From Rebecca billardiae RCC1528 (taxonomy: Eukaryota > Protista > Haptophyta): a DNA stretch of 64,000 bases. A program made the position numbers and the translations under genes. The DNA is taken from assembly GCA_965240325.2 (NCBI GenBank), contig OZ251244.1:620001-684000 (forward strand), in the 5' to 3' direction. Below are positions 1 through 10,054 of the stretch, piece after piece; position 1 is the stretch's first letter, and every line of letters begins with the position of its first letter. The notes under the pieces were generated by a model. That model saw nothing but the letters and a program-made list of their open reading frames with translations, was not told the origin of the DNA and did not search any database.

Positions 1-2647
1 CCACCGGTGGCGGGAAGCTGAGGCCCGCGTGTGGCGGGGGCTCAAAGGGCTGCCAGATCAGCTCCTCCGGTGAGCCTGGGCAGTAGTCTGCGAACGGCCT
101 CAGCATGGCTGCCACCGCCGCCGCGAGCGCCGGGTCGGACCCAGCCGCCTCGAGCTCCTGCGGCCTCAGACGAGCGCCGGGCTTGCCTGACTCTGCGAGC
201 ACTCGGCGGAGCTTGCCGTGTGCGTCGCAGAAGAAGCGAGCGATGCGCATGGCGACGTCCGCCTTGAGCGTCTTGCCTGCCCAGCCCTGCTCAGCGCGCG
301 GCCGAGTCACGCAAGGGTGTGCCCACGGAGGGGGGGGGGGAGGGACCGCGGTGCAGGCGTTACGAGCGGCCTCGCGCGCGCTGCTTGTGCGCGCCCGCGC
401 GCGCCCGCGCTCAGCACTGCCCCGAGTGAGCAGCCAGTGCCGCGCGCACCTGCTCAAACGGCAGCGCCGAGCCCTCAACCTCAGCATCCAGTGGCAGCAG
501 CAGCGTGGGCGCGCTGGCGGGGTAGCATGCCAGTCGGCGCAGCGCCACGGTCATGAGCAGCGGCGACGAGTGCAGCGTGTACGCGGGCGCGCCGGCCGGC
601 GCTAGACGCAGAAACGCCGCGGCCTCCCCACTGTCCTCGCGCCTCAGGTGCGGCAGCCGCAGCCGCGCGCCCGACGGGTTGAGCGGCGATCGGCCGGGCG
701 CGGCGGTCACGTTGCGCGACTGGAAGAACGGGAGCTGCACGAGCCTCACGTAACCGCCGGCGTAACCGCCTGCGTAACCGCCGAGCTGCCCCGCTGCCGG
801 CCCCCGCGCGTCGGGGAGGGCCGGTGCGCCCTCGTGCTCTGGAGCAGATCCCGCGGGTGCCGCCCGCCGCCCCTGCCTGCGCTCGACGACCTCCCAGCCG
901 AGCATGCGCAGCAGCGGCAGCAGCCAGGTCTCAGCCTGCCGCACGGTGGTGCCGGGAGTCGGCTTCGGCACGTGCGCCGCCATCAGGTGCCGCTCGGCGA
1001 AGCCGCACCACGCAGGGATCGAGAGGTTGAAGCCGCGGCGCACGCCCGCCTGCTCCCGGAAGCACGCCTGCGGGCTGGCGCGCTGCGCGAGCAGGCGCAG
1101 ATTGTACCCCTTCAGCCAATCGCCCCAGCCGGGCCCCGGGTCGTATCTCGCCGCGTCGAAAATCGGCCGCTCCCAGCCCTCGCGCTCGTGCCGGCTCGTC
1201 AGCCCCTCGACGCCGAGGTCGTAGAACGTGACGAGGTCGTTGTGCCGCACCGCGCCCCAGCCCTTGCGCGCCATCAGCGGCGGCAGCAGCCGGTCCGTCT
1301 CGAGGATCGAGGCGCCGGTCTTGGCGAACTCCCGGCGCAGGCTCATGAACAGCGTCGCGTTGTACATGACTGCACGCCCGTGCGCGCGGTACGCGCGCGG
1401 CACGCGGCGCGGCGTGAGTGAGGGGAGCGGGCGGCCGTGCGCCACGCGTGCTGCGTCTGCGCGGGCCAGCACGCACGCAGCGCGCACGCCGTGGGCGAGT
1501 CCAACACAGATCGCGCCCGCCCGCCGCGCCACACTGTGCACAGCAGTCGAGCCCGCGCCCAGCACCGCGCGCGCGCGCGGTGCGTGGGCACGCGCCACTC
1601 GCCGCAGCCCGACCGCTCGCCTCCACGCCGGCGCGCACGCACCGATGTGATCCTCCGTCCACGCGGACGCATCGACGAGCCAGGGCTCCCCGGGGCGCAG
1701 GAAGTCCGGGCGGAAGCCCTGGTCTGCATGCCGGCGCTTCCAGTTACCCACATCCACGCCGTGTAGCCAGCAGCCCTCGAGCGAGGTGGCGGACGGGAGG
1801 GTCTCCACGATCAGCTGGGCGCGGCGCAGGGGCGGCGTCGCGCGCGGCGCGGAGCGGTGGGTCGCGTGAGGTGCCCGCTCACCGGCCGACACGCCGCACC
1901 CCTGCGCGCTCGGCTGCGCGGCCCGGACACACAGGCGCACAGGGCACACACCTGGCTCATGAAGAAGAGGGGCCAGTGCGCGGGCCCAGGCTGGTGCCGG
2001 TCGAAGGTCTGCAGCACCACCTGGTCCGTCGACGTGTGCCACGACGTCATCTCGCGCGCCGTGAACCGCTCCGCGCGCGTGCCCAACGGCGACGCGCGCG
2101 CAAGCGCCTCAGAGCGGAACGCTTGCCACATGCGCACGGTCATCTCGGGGAAGGGGACGTGATGCGGGTGCCAGGTGGGTAGCGGCTGGATGTCGCAGTT
2201 GGCCGACTGCACCACCTCCGGCCACGGCCGGCCAGAGTCGCGCAGCACCCGCAGTGCCGCCATGCGCGCCACGTGCTCCGAGCCCAGCGCAGCGAGCTCG
2301 ACGAGGTGCGCGCCACGCGACGTCTCGGGCCGAGCGGCGCGCACGAGCTCGCGCAGCCGCCAGCGCTCGGCGAACTCGGGCTCGAAGACGAAGAACGTCT
2401 CCCAGCGCCGGTCGAGGAAGCGCTCGAACGAGTGGCAGCCCAGCAGGTACTCGCGGTGGCCGACGACGACTGCGATGGGCAGGCCCGCGCCCATCGGCCG
2501 CGCCGGTACGTTGGAGGTGATGGCGGCCACGCGCACGCCGGACGGCAGGTCGGGCACGGGGCGATCGTGGGGTAGCGAGAAGGCGAGCGCCGGCAGGAGT
2601 GCAGCCAGTGCGGGCGCGCGCCGCGCACGGCGGCGGTGCCCATCCAT
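1..2647 (-). CDS. Multi-exon, probably secreted/Golgi protein of unknown function; possible degenerate sulfotransferase-like C-terminal part; runs off the window start
   Basis: ATG at 2647 then hydrophobic signal-like ALAALLPALAFS. Inferred exons 2647-1952, 1814-1643, 1369-450 and 286-1 have GT..AG boundaries that keep one frame (joins ORFs 1811..2674 and 411..2042). HVPKPTPGTT loosely resembles the HxPKTxGT PAPS-binding motif. Confidence 0.65.
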
Positions 2648-2708
2648 GCTGGGTCCTGGCCCAGACGGCAGCAACGATCTCCACTCTCCAGATCGCCTCC
2701 CGGATTGT

Positions 2709-2886
2709 TCTTATTCTTAGTAAACTGTATGATGTACAGTTTACTAAGAATAAGAGACGCACACAGCTCAGGCAGGCAAGATTACTGTTTTGTGTGCGTC
2801 TCTTATTCTTAGTAAACTGTGCGATGGCGGGCGTCAATCTCGCCTGCCTGAGCTGTGTGCGTCTCTTATTCTTATAGTGAACTGTA
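2709..2886. mobile_element. Cluster of four copies of a Tc1/mariner-like terminal repeat (TA|CAGTTTACTAAGAATAAGAGACGCACACAGCTCAGGCAGGCGAGATTGACGCCCGC), including a mini-MITE at about 2737-2819
   Basis: Copies at 2709-2729 (+), 2735-2783 (-), 2791-2820 (+) and 2826-2886 (+). 2709-2729 and 2735-2755 form a perfect 21-bp inverted repeat with a 5-nt loop. The repeat ends in CTG|TA, like Tc1/pogo CAGT termini with a TA target. Confidence 0.7.
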
Positions 2887-3038
2887 CCGCAAATCTGATC
2901 ATGAATGCAAGTGGTCCGACGCTGGCGAGCGCGCAATCGCCGCCATTCGCGTTGTGGGTTGTACCAGACAGCGGCCAAACGGTGGGACGATACCATAGTC
3001 CATACTTCGCGGAGTCCTATACTCAGAATCATCGCGCG

Positions 3039-4799
3039 TCAAAATCCGTCCATCGGAGTCACGCACGGCCGCTTGGACGCGCGCTCGTCCGCAAAATCGA
3101 CGGCCAGCGCCTCCATCAACTCCAACGCCTCCGCGGGGTCGTCGCGCTTGAAAGCGGCCCAGCGCTCCTGCTGCACGACCGCCTTGATCTGCTCCTTCGC
3201 CAGCGCGCGCACGCCCTCCACCAGCCGAGCGCACGGTCCGCCCGCCGCCTTGGCGTGCCGCAGCATGTCGAGGCAGTTGTCCACGTCCAGAGCAGCCAGC
3301 AGCGCGTCCTCGCACCGACGCGCCACGCCCGCCAGCACGTTGGCCTCAGATGCGGCAGGCACATCAGCCGAGCTCGCAGCTGCTGGCGGCGTTGGCGGCT
3401 GCAGCTTGTTCGTCAGCCGCAGCAGCTCGAGCAGCAACGACGGCTCGGCCGGCAGCGGCGCCTCGCCCACCGAGTGCAGCTGGCGCAGCAGCGCCTCGTG
3501 AGCCGCCGAGGAGAAGGCGGGGTCGGCCCGGACCTCGCGCTGGCCGCCCTCCGCCAGCCCGCCGCCCAGCTGCGCCTCGTAGTACTCGGAGTGCCGCGCG
3601 AGCAGCAGCCGGCTCGCACCCAGCTCGGTGCCGTCCGCGCACTGCAGCACCACGTCGTGCTGCCGCGTGGGCTCGCCCACCGCATCGGCCAGTGAGCACA
3701 GCTTGGCATCCAGCCGCGAATGCGCACTGCGCAGCTCGGCCTCGCTGTCAGCGAGCTCTGCGTGCGACGTGCGTGCTGAGGCGAGCACACGGCGGCGCAC
3801 GTCGTCGTTGGCGTGGAGCAGCAGGGTTTCGAGCACATCTTGCGCGGGGAAGCGTGCGAAGCGTGCTGACTTCTTATTCTCGGGAGCGGGCGGAATGCGC
3901 ATCAGCGCGTCGACAAGGCCAGGCGTGCGCGCAACGGCTGCTCGATGATAATCGCTATGGAGGATGGTCTGCAGCACTGCACCAGCGTAGTACAACGTGC
4001 CGGGCCGCGTCTCCTGGCCAGAGCTCTCCCACGTGGCCAGCAAAAGCTGCACCACACGCTCGCAGAAGCCCGCAACCAGCAAGGCCTTGGGGCGAGTGTG
4101 ACGAATCTCGACAGCGACCGTGTGAATGGCCAGTGCTGCCCCATGCTGCACGCGCGCGTTGGCAGACCCCAGCAGCGGCACGAGCAGTGGGATGGCTTCG
4201 TGCAGGGCGCGGCCGTTCCGCAGAGGCTCCATGGCGGCGAAGAGGCCGATGGCGTGCGCTGCATCGCATTGCGCCATCTCGTCTGCAGAGCGCAGCAGCG
4301 GGATGAGCGGCGCCATGGTGACGCCCGCCGCAGCGATCTCCTCCACCTGCAGGTGGGCTCCGGCGGCCCAGCTGAGCTGATATGCTGCCCGGGCTCGCAC
4401 GCAATCCTCGGCCGAGCCCAGCAGCGATACCAGCGCCCGGATGAGGCCAGAGTCGTAGAGCGCATCGGACACATAACCAATCGGGTCCCGCTTGTGCAGA
4501 AAGAAGATGGCCGTCATGGCAGCCAGCTGCACCTCGGCGGTGTGCTCAGGCGCGAGGAGCTGAAGCAGCGCGGGCAAAGCCTGCGATTGGCCAAACGCCT
4601 CCACGACCACACCTCCATCGTCCTCATCGATGCAGAACGGGACGAGTGCCGCGATCCTCGCCTCGTTGTCCGGAGGCTGAGCGCGCAGCGCGGTGAGGAG
4701 GGTCTCCAGCGCCTCGGGCTTGAGCTCGGCGTGACGAACAAGCTTCGACGCGCGCGAGTGGGCCTCTGTGAGCAGGGTCACCGCCGCGCTGGGATGCAT
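3039..4799 (-). CDS. Armadillo-repeat + C-terminal BTB/POZ domain protein (ARIA/ABAP1-like architecture)
   Basis: Long ORF with repeated LxxLVxLLxS...AAxAL ARM units. BTB motif DVVLQCADGTELGASRLLLARHSEYY followed by BACK-like CEDALLAALDVDNCLDML. Start is at 4799 or the in-frame ATG at 4901. Confidence 0.85.
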   Translation of the reverse strand: MHPSAAVTLLTEAHSRASKLVRHAELKPEALETLLTALRAQPPDNEARIAALVPFCIDEDDGGVVVEAFGQSQALPALLQLLAPEHTAEVQLAAMTAIFFLHKRDPIGYVSDALYDSGLIRALVSLLGSAEDCVRARAAYQLSWAAGAHLQVEEIAAAGVTMAPLIPLLRSADEMAQCDAAHAIGLFAAMEPLRNGRALHEAIPLLVPLLGSANARVQHGAALAIHTVAVEIRHTRPKALLVAGFCERVVQLLLATWESSGQETRPGTLYYAGAVLQTILHSDYHRAAVARTPGLVDALMRIPPAPENKKSARFARFPAQDVLETLLLHANDDVRRRVLASARTSHAELADSEAELRSAHSRLDAKLCSLADAVGEPTRQHDVVLQCADGTELGASRLLLARHSEYYEAQLGGGLAEGGQREVRADPAFSSAAHEALLRQLHSVGEAPLPAEPSLLLELLRLTNKLQPPTPPAAASSADVPAASEANVLAGVARRCEDALLAALDVDNCLDMLRHAKAAGGPCARLVEGVRALAKEQIKAVVQQERWAAFKRDDPAEALELMEALAVDFADERASKRPCVTPMDGF

Positions 4800-4842
4800 C
4801 GAGCTGAGCGTGCGGCCGAGGACGGCGGGCGTACTGATGAGG

Positions 4843-5924
4843 CAAGGGAGGTCCGGGCCGGGAGCTCCCGGCTGCCCAGCGAGCGGCCAGCGCGACGTCA
4901 TCACTGCAAAGTTTTCCCTGATGAGCGCCGGGCGGCGGCACAACGGCGAGGGCGAGTACTCCGCTGGCGGGGCGCGCACGGGGCACAGCGCTGCGGGCGC
5001 GGATGTGCCCGCAGAGCCGGCGCGCGCGGACGGGCTGTTGCGGGAGAGCACTCGGCGCCCTCCTGCGCCGCGCGTCTTGCGCCACGCCTCTTTCGCCTCG
5101 GCTCAGGGCAGCGCGCACATGCGCGCCGCGTCAAGGCCAGCCTTGCCTGCGCCGCAGCCGACCGCGCGCGCGCCGTGCGCGGCGTGGTCGGGAAGGAACG
5201 GGCGCTGCCGCGGGGCGAGGTGGCGACACCATGCGCGCACGCCATGCCGCCCCGTGATGCCGCGAAAGGGCACGGCAATAGATCTGCACAGCTGTTGACG
5301 AGTGCTGATCACTTGCCGTGCCAAGCCACGGACCTGAGCTCGAAGAAGATGATGAAAGAGCATCGGCGCGAGGAAAGCGTCGCATCCAACACCTCTACTT
5401 GACCACACGGTGATGAATATCCATGTAAGAGTAGCCCGCGCGCCCGTCTGGCACTGTTCTGCGTCTCAATGATCGTCCCGACAAGGGTCTACCACATGCA
5501 AACGGACCGACGACACGCTCGTCAAGGCGTGGCGGGGCGGCATGGCGTGCGCGCATGGTGTCGCCAGGCAGCAGCGCTCGTTCCTTCCCGACCACGCCGC
5601 GCACGGCGCGCGCGCGGTCGGCTGCGGCGCAGGCAAGGCTGGCCTTGACGCGGCGCGCATGTGCGCGCTGCCCTGAGCCGAGGCGAAAGAGGCGTGGCGC
5701 AAGACGCGCGGCGCAGGAGGGCGCCGAGTGCTCTCCCGCAACAGCCCGTCCGCGCGCGCCGGCTCTGCGGGCACATCCGCGCCCGCAGCGCTGTGCCCCG
5801 TGCGCGCCCCGCCAGCGGAGTACTCGCCCTCGCCGCTGCCGCCGCCCGGCGCTCAGGGAAAACTTTGCAGTGACGTCGCGCTGGCCGCTCGCTGGTCAGG
5901 AGCTCCCGGCCCGGACCTCCCTTG
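4843..5924. repeat. Inverted repeat: arms 4843-5254 and 5533-5924, about 280-bp spacer
   Basis: Arms are near-identical reverse complements. The ORF track gives the same peptides on opposite strands (5003..5257 + vs 5522..5776 -; 3039..5051 - vs 5728..6078 +). Confidence 0.9.
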
Positions 5925-6558
5925 GATGAGGTCGCCTTCTCTCCGGCTCGCGGGCGGCGTCGCCCCGGCGCTGGCGAGCGGCGAGCCGGCGACGCTGATG
6001 AAGAAACAGAGTGCCCTTCCGCTTGGTCTCAGCCCGCTCTACAGTCGGGATGTGCTGGTGAAGTGGTCAGTAGCTTGATGAAGAATGTACACGCGGAGCG
6101 GCCGCCATGCACTACAATACTGCATGTACCGTACTTGTACTAATTCTATGATTTAAAGACACAGGCACGAGGGCGCAGCTCTCCTGATTCGTCTGTATAG
6201 TGGTACTGGTCGAAGCTTGCAGCAGTGGCAGTGGTGTGAGCACGTTGATGTTGGTCGCCATGGTGGATGTCGTTGTTGTCGTCGTCAACGTCGTCAGGCC
6301 CACCAGGAAGACAGGAAGTGCATGGGTACCAAATCAAAGGCGAGTGAGCATGTTGGCGTCGGCAAGGCCGTCCCCTACTTGGTCAGCAGCTGGTGGATGA
6401 TGTCGTCGCCTACTTGGTCAGTGGCTGGTCATGGTGGACGATGGTGTAGCCTGTTCTTGGTCAGCAGACAGCAGCTGGTCCGGATGATGTTGTGGCCGAA
6501 GTTAGTAGTAGTCGGACTCGCCGTCGGGGACTGGTTCCGGTACTTGTGGGGGACTGTG

Positions 6559-6606
6559 ATCTCGCCTGCCTGAGCTGTGTGCGTCTCTTATTCTTAGTAA
6601 ACTGTA
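6559..6606 (+). repeat. Copy of the TA|CAGTTTACTAAG terminal repeat
   Basis: atctcgcctgcctgagctgtgtgcgtctcttattcttagtaaactgta matches the 2826-2886 copy. Confidence 0.85.
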
Positions 6607-7234
6607 CCGGGCAACGGGCTCCTGTCCCAAGCCACAGACTGATGACAGAGCCTGCCAGGAAACGGCAACGCAGAGACGAGTACGGAGTAGCCCGTACCAC
6701 GCCGCCGACCGAGTGGCGGCCGTCATCACCGCGCGTTGCAGCTGCTTCGTGCGGCAACCAATCGATCATGATGCCATTTATTAACGTATGTCAGTGATGT
6801 CCGGTTAAATAGTGTTAGACAGAAACATATAATTAATGCGTGTTGAGTCTGTGTGCAGTGTGCCCAGATTGTGAGTTCTGCCCTGTTGCATGACTGTTCT
6901 GTGAGTGTGACTGTGTTCATTCAGTGACGCCACCGGCACCGGGCGTCGACCGCGTGACGACGCCCGATTATATTATTGCGTCGTGTACTATAATATAATA
7001 TTATAAAATATAAATCAGTATTCAGTAGTGCGCGGGCGGTAGTGATGCGCAACTATAACGCCACGGTAGCTAGGCCCGCAGGGCCGAGCAGGCGGCCCGG
7101 CCCGAGCGCGGATAACGTGATGGGCCCCAGGGCCAGGTGCATGGTCTCGGGTCGGCACGGTGCCCTCCCAGAGTCAGATCGAGTGGCGGCCTGCCCGAGT
7201 GTTCTGCTGCTCAGCCGCCCTCGGTAGACAGTCG

Positions 7235-8362
7235 TCAGCCGGGCGCATTCAGATGGCAATGCCAGTTGCCCTTCAACCACCACCAGTCCGGCGATGACTG
7301 AGCCGGAAGAGTTCCATTGGCCGATGGCGATTGCCTGGCCGCCGGGGTGTTCGTCCCGCTCCGAGCACTGTCACTGCGCGAGTCGCTCAACCAGGCGGCG
7401 GGGGCGGCAGCAGCAGGATCTGGCGCCGCGGCCGGCGCGATGAGTGACGTCGGCCGGAGGTCGGGGTCGTCGGACTCGCCACCCGTCGCCACAGCTCGGG
7501 CCGTGCTGCCGTTCGACTCGAGCGGCGGCGGCCGCTGGACGCCCTCGAGCAGGACCGCGCCCATCAGCTGCAGGTGCTCCTTCGAGAGTCCGTACGCAAG
7601 ATGGAGCCGACCGGTGCGCGTGACGTGGACGAGCTCGGGCCAGGGCCCGCCGCTCTCGATGCGCCTGGGTCGGGGGAAGATGAGGTACTCGCGGCGCAGC
7701 TCGCCCACGCGGCAGTGGCTCTTGTTCGAGCCCAGCTTCGAGACCCGCTTCAGCGCCACCTGATCGCGCGAGCCCCACTTGGTGTATGCGTGCTTGTCTC
7801 CAAGGAGCCGCAGCCGCCAGGCGTCCAGGCACGCCTCGGAGAGGTTGCGCCGGAGCAGGATGGCGCCGGTGTGCCACGGCTCCTTGGAGAACTGCCGGAC
7901 CATGAGCAGGTGCGGCTTCTCGCCCGGCTGCCCCTCCGCTGGCTGCCAGTCCAACCGGCGTCGCTCCTCGAGCAGCGGGTGCAATGGCGCGCCCACAAGG
8001 ATGTCGAGGTCGAGGTAGAGCACGTGGCGCACGCGCGGCGGGAGCAGCTCGAGGAGCCGCATCTTGTGCGTCTTGTAGTGCACGACGCGGTGCAGCGTGG
8101 GCGCCGAGGTCGACCGGTTCAGAGCCGTGATGACCACCGTGCCGTTTGGCGCGCACGCGGGCTGATCTGTCACGACAAAGATCTCGCCGCGCCAGCCGCC
8201 GGTCCGGCGCGCGCTGTCCACGGCGTACGCGAAGATGGACTCGCGCGCCGCCTTGCCCATGGCGATGTACGCCAGAGCGACGCCGTCCGGGGTGGCTCGG
8301 TCGAGCGCCGGTGAGGCCGCGGCGGACGCCAACGCGAGGAGTCTCGCGGCCGGCGCCACCAT
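7235..8362 (-). CDS. GT-A fold (DxD) glycosyltransferase-like protein, paralog 1 of 3
   Basis: Signal/anchor N-terminus. YLDLDIL DxD motif plus PWHTGAILLRR, RDQVAL, VHVT and C-terminal NWHC are all shared with the genes at 11935 and 19286. Confidence 0.75.
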   Translation of the reverse strand: MVAPAARLLALASAAASPALDRATPDGVALAYIAMGKAARESIFAYAVDSARRTGGWRGEIFVVTDQPACAPNGTVVITALNRSTSAPTLHRVVHYKTHKMRLLELLPPRVRHVLYLDLDILVGAPLHPLLEERRRLDWQPAEGQPGEKPHLLMVRQFSKEPWHTGAILLRRNLSEACLDAWRLRLLGDKHAYTKWGSRDQVALKRVSKLGSNKSHCRVGELRREYLIFPRPRRIESGGPWPELVHVTRTGRLHLAYGLSKEHLQLMGAVLLEGVQRPPPLESNGSTARAVATGGESDDPDLRPTSLIAPAAAPDPAAAAPAAWLSDSRSDSARSGTNTPAARQSPSANGTLPAQSSPDWWWLKGNWHCHLNAPG

Positions 8363-8457
8363 GTCGTGGATCACCGCAAACCAATTTCATTCCGGCCGGG
8401 GCCGCGAGCGACCGGACGACGCCCCTGGCCCCATCGCCACGTGACGAGGAGGGCACG

Positions 8458-9756
8458 ATGGAGTCGCCTGCCGCACCGGCCGCGGTGGCGGCCGCGGCGA
8501 CGGCCACGGCGGCGGCCTTAGCGCTGCGGCAGTACATGCGCGCGCTGCGCGCGCCGCGCGTGCTCCACGCGAACACGCGCCAGTCGAACCGTCTTCTTCT
8601 CGAGCTGCTCGAGCTGCTGCGCGAACACTGGCCGCACGCGCTCTGGGAGATGAGCGGCGAGATCTCGTCTGCGGCGATGCTCTTCCGGCTGCCGCCGATC
8701 AGGCACGGCGCGCGCGAGTCGGAGCTCGTCGGACTCCCCGACGGCGGCACTGTACGCCTCGACTGGGAGTATCCTCGCGAGGGGCACGCGGAGGCGCGCG
8801 GCATCGTGCTTCTCCTCCCCGGGTTGAATAATTCGTCCGCGTCGGCGTACATCCAGCACGCGATGGGCCACCTGTGCCGCGAGGGGTTCTCGGCGGTGTG
8901 CCTCGACTACAGAGGCGTGGGCGGCCTCCCGCTCACCTCGCCGCGCTTCGGCTGCGCCGACTCGTGGCGCGACCTCCCGACCGTGTGCGATGCGATCAGA
9001 CGGTTTGGCGGCCCGCATGCGCCGATCCTCGCGATCGGCTTCAGCATGGGCGGCTCGGTGCTCGCCAAGTACCTCTCGGCGAGCGGGAGCGCGTCGCAGA
9101 TCCGCGCGGGGGTCACCGTCTCCTCCCCCTTCGCGCTCACCGAGACCATGCGCTCGCTCGAGGCGGACGTGCACGCGCGCATGTTCAACCTGGGCCTGAC
9201 GCTGGTCGCGAAGCTCACCTTTGTCGGTCACACGGACTCCCGGCCACACCTGCACGGCATCGACTGGCGGGCGCTCGCGACGTGCACGACGCTGCGCGGG
9301 CTGGAGGAGGCGACGATCTGCCGGCTGCACGGCTACCCCACCGCCGAGGACTACTACGAGGCCAACCGGCCCGACTTCGGCGCCGTGCGCACGCCACTGC
9401 TGTGCCTGCACGCTGAGGACGACCCGGTGATCCGAGTGAAGGACCTGCCGCTCGGCGCGATGCGCGCCAACCCGCGCGTGATCGTCGCGATCACGCGGCA
9501 CGGGGGGCACCTGGGCTGGACGGGCGGGCCGCTCAGCGGCCCGTGGGCGCCCACCTGGTCGGATGTCGTGTGCGCCAAATTCCTCTCGCAGTTCGCCGCG
9601 GGCGGCGGTGGTGGCGGAGCGCAGGTGGGCGGGCGCGCGGTGCGCGAGGCGGCATCAGCGGCGGCGGCCGCAGCAGACAGCGGCGTGGCGTCGGTGGCAG
9701 CGGCGCCGCGAGGGGCGGCGATGCGACGACCGCCAGCCCCTCAGCCCCGCTTGTGA
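8458..9756 (+). CDS. Alpha/beta hydrolase, ABHD1/3 / YheT-like esterase
   Basis: DGGTVRLDW, LLLPGL..S...YI, DYRG, nucleophile GFSMGG, AEDDPVI (Asp) and HGGHLGW (His). Confidence 0.9.
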   Translation: MESPAAPAAVAAAATATAAALALRQYMRALRAPRVLHANTRQSNRLLLELLELLREHWPHALWEMSGEISSAAMLFRLPPIRHGARESELVGLPDGGTVRLDWEYPREGHAEARGIVLLLPGLNNSSASAYIQHAMGHLCREGFSAVCLDYRGVGGLPLTSPRFGCADSWRDLPTVCDAIRRFGGPHAPILAIGFSMGGSVLAKYLSASGSASQIRAGVTVSSPFALTETMRSLEADVHARMFNLGLTLVAKLTFVGHTDSRPHLHGIDWRALATCTTLRGLEEATICRLHGYPTAEDYYEANRPDFGAVRTPLLCLHAEDDPVIRVKDLPLGAMRANPRVIVAITRHGGHLGWTGGPLSGPWAPTWSDVVCAKFLSQFAAGGGGGGAQVGGRAVREAASAAAAAADSGVASVAAAPRGAAMRRPPAPQPRL

Positions 9757-10054
9757 GCGCGCCTCGCTCGCGGGAGCCATGCGGCCTCGTGGGCGCCGAC
9801 TCGAAATGCTACTCACATAGCCTGATGCTTGCTTCATCATGCTTTTTGTCGCCACATCAGTGCCGTGCTGCTGAGACGACGTAAATCGATCGTACCGCCC
9901 ATAGTACACCAAAGGAATGATGAAAGGGTATCACCAAGTATCACGATGACAAACTGTCAAATTGGGGATGGTCCGCCAAAGGAATCGCGACCGACGACGA
10001 CCGGTGCCGCACTGCCGCTGCGGTCAAGTGCCCAACCTCGCGCCACACCTCACA

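Noticed and set aside
2735-2790. Spliced-leader or snRNA gene
   Set aside because: No Sm site or donor context is recognisable; paired inverted copies and TA-flanked ends fit a transposon TIR better.
2109-3032. ORF with repeated QFTKNKRRTQLRQAR peptide
   Set aside because: The peptide is just the translation of the dispersed terminal repeat.
2790-5402. Long plus-strand ORFs (2790..3695, 3350..4306, 3945..5402) and similar long antisense ORFs elsewhere (e.g. 35624..37549, 43018..44301, 54975..57053)
   Set aside because: Shadow ORFs of real genes in very GC-rich DNA; Arg/Ala/Pro-rich with no motifs.
6300-6540. Degenerate roughly 35-bp repeats (cttggtcagcagctggtggatgatg) as a coding repeat
   Set aside because: In-frame stops and only about 3 decayed units; function unsupported.
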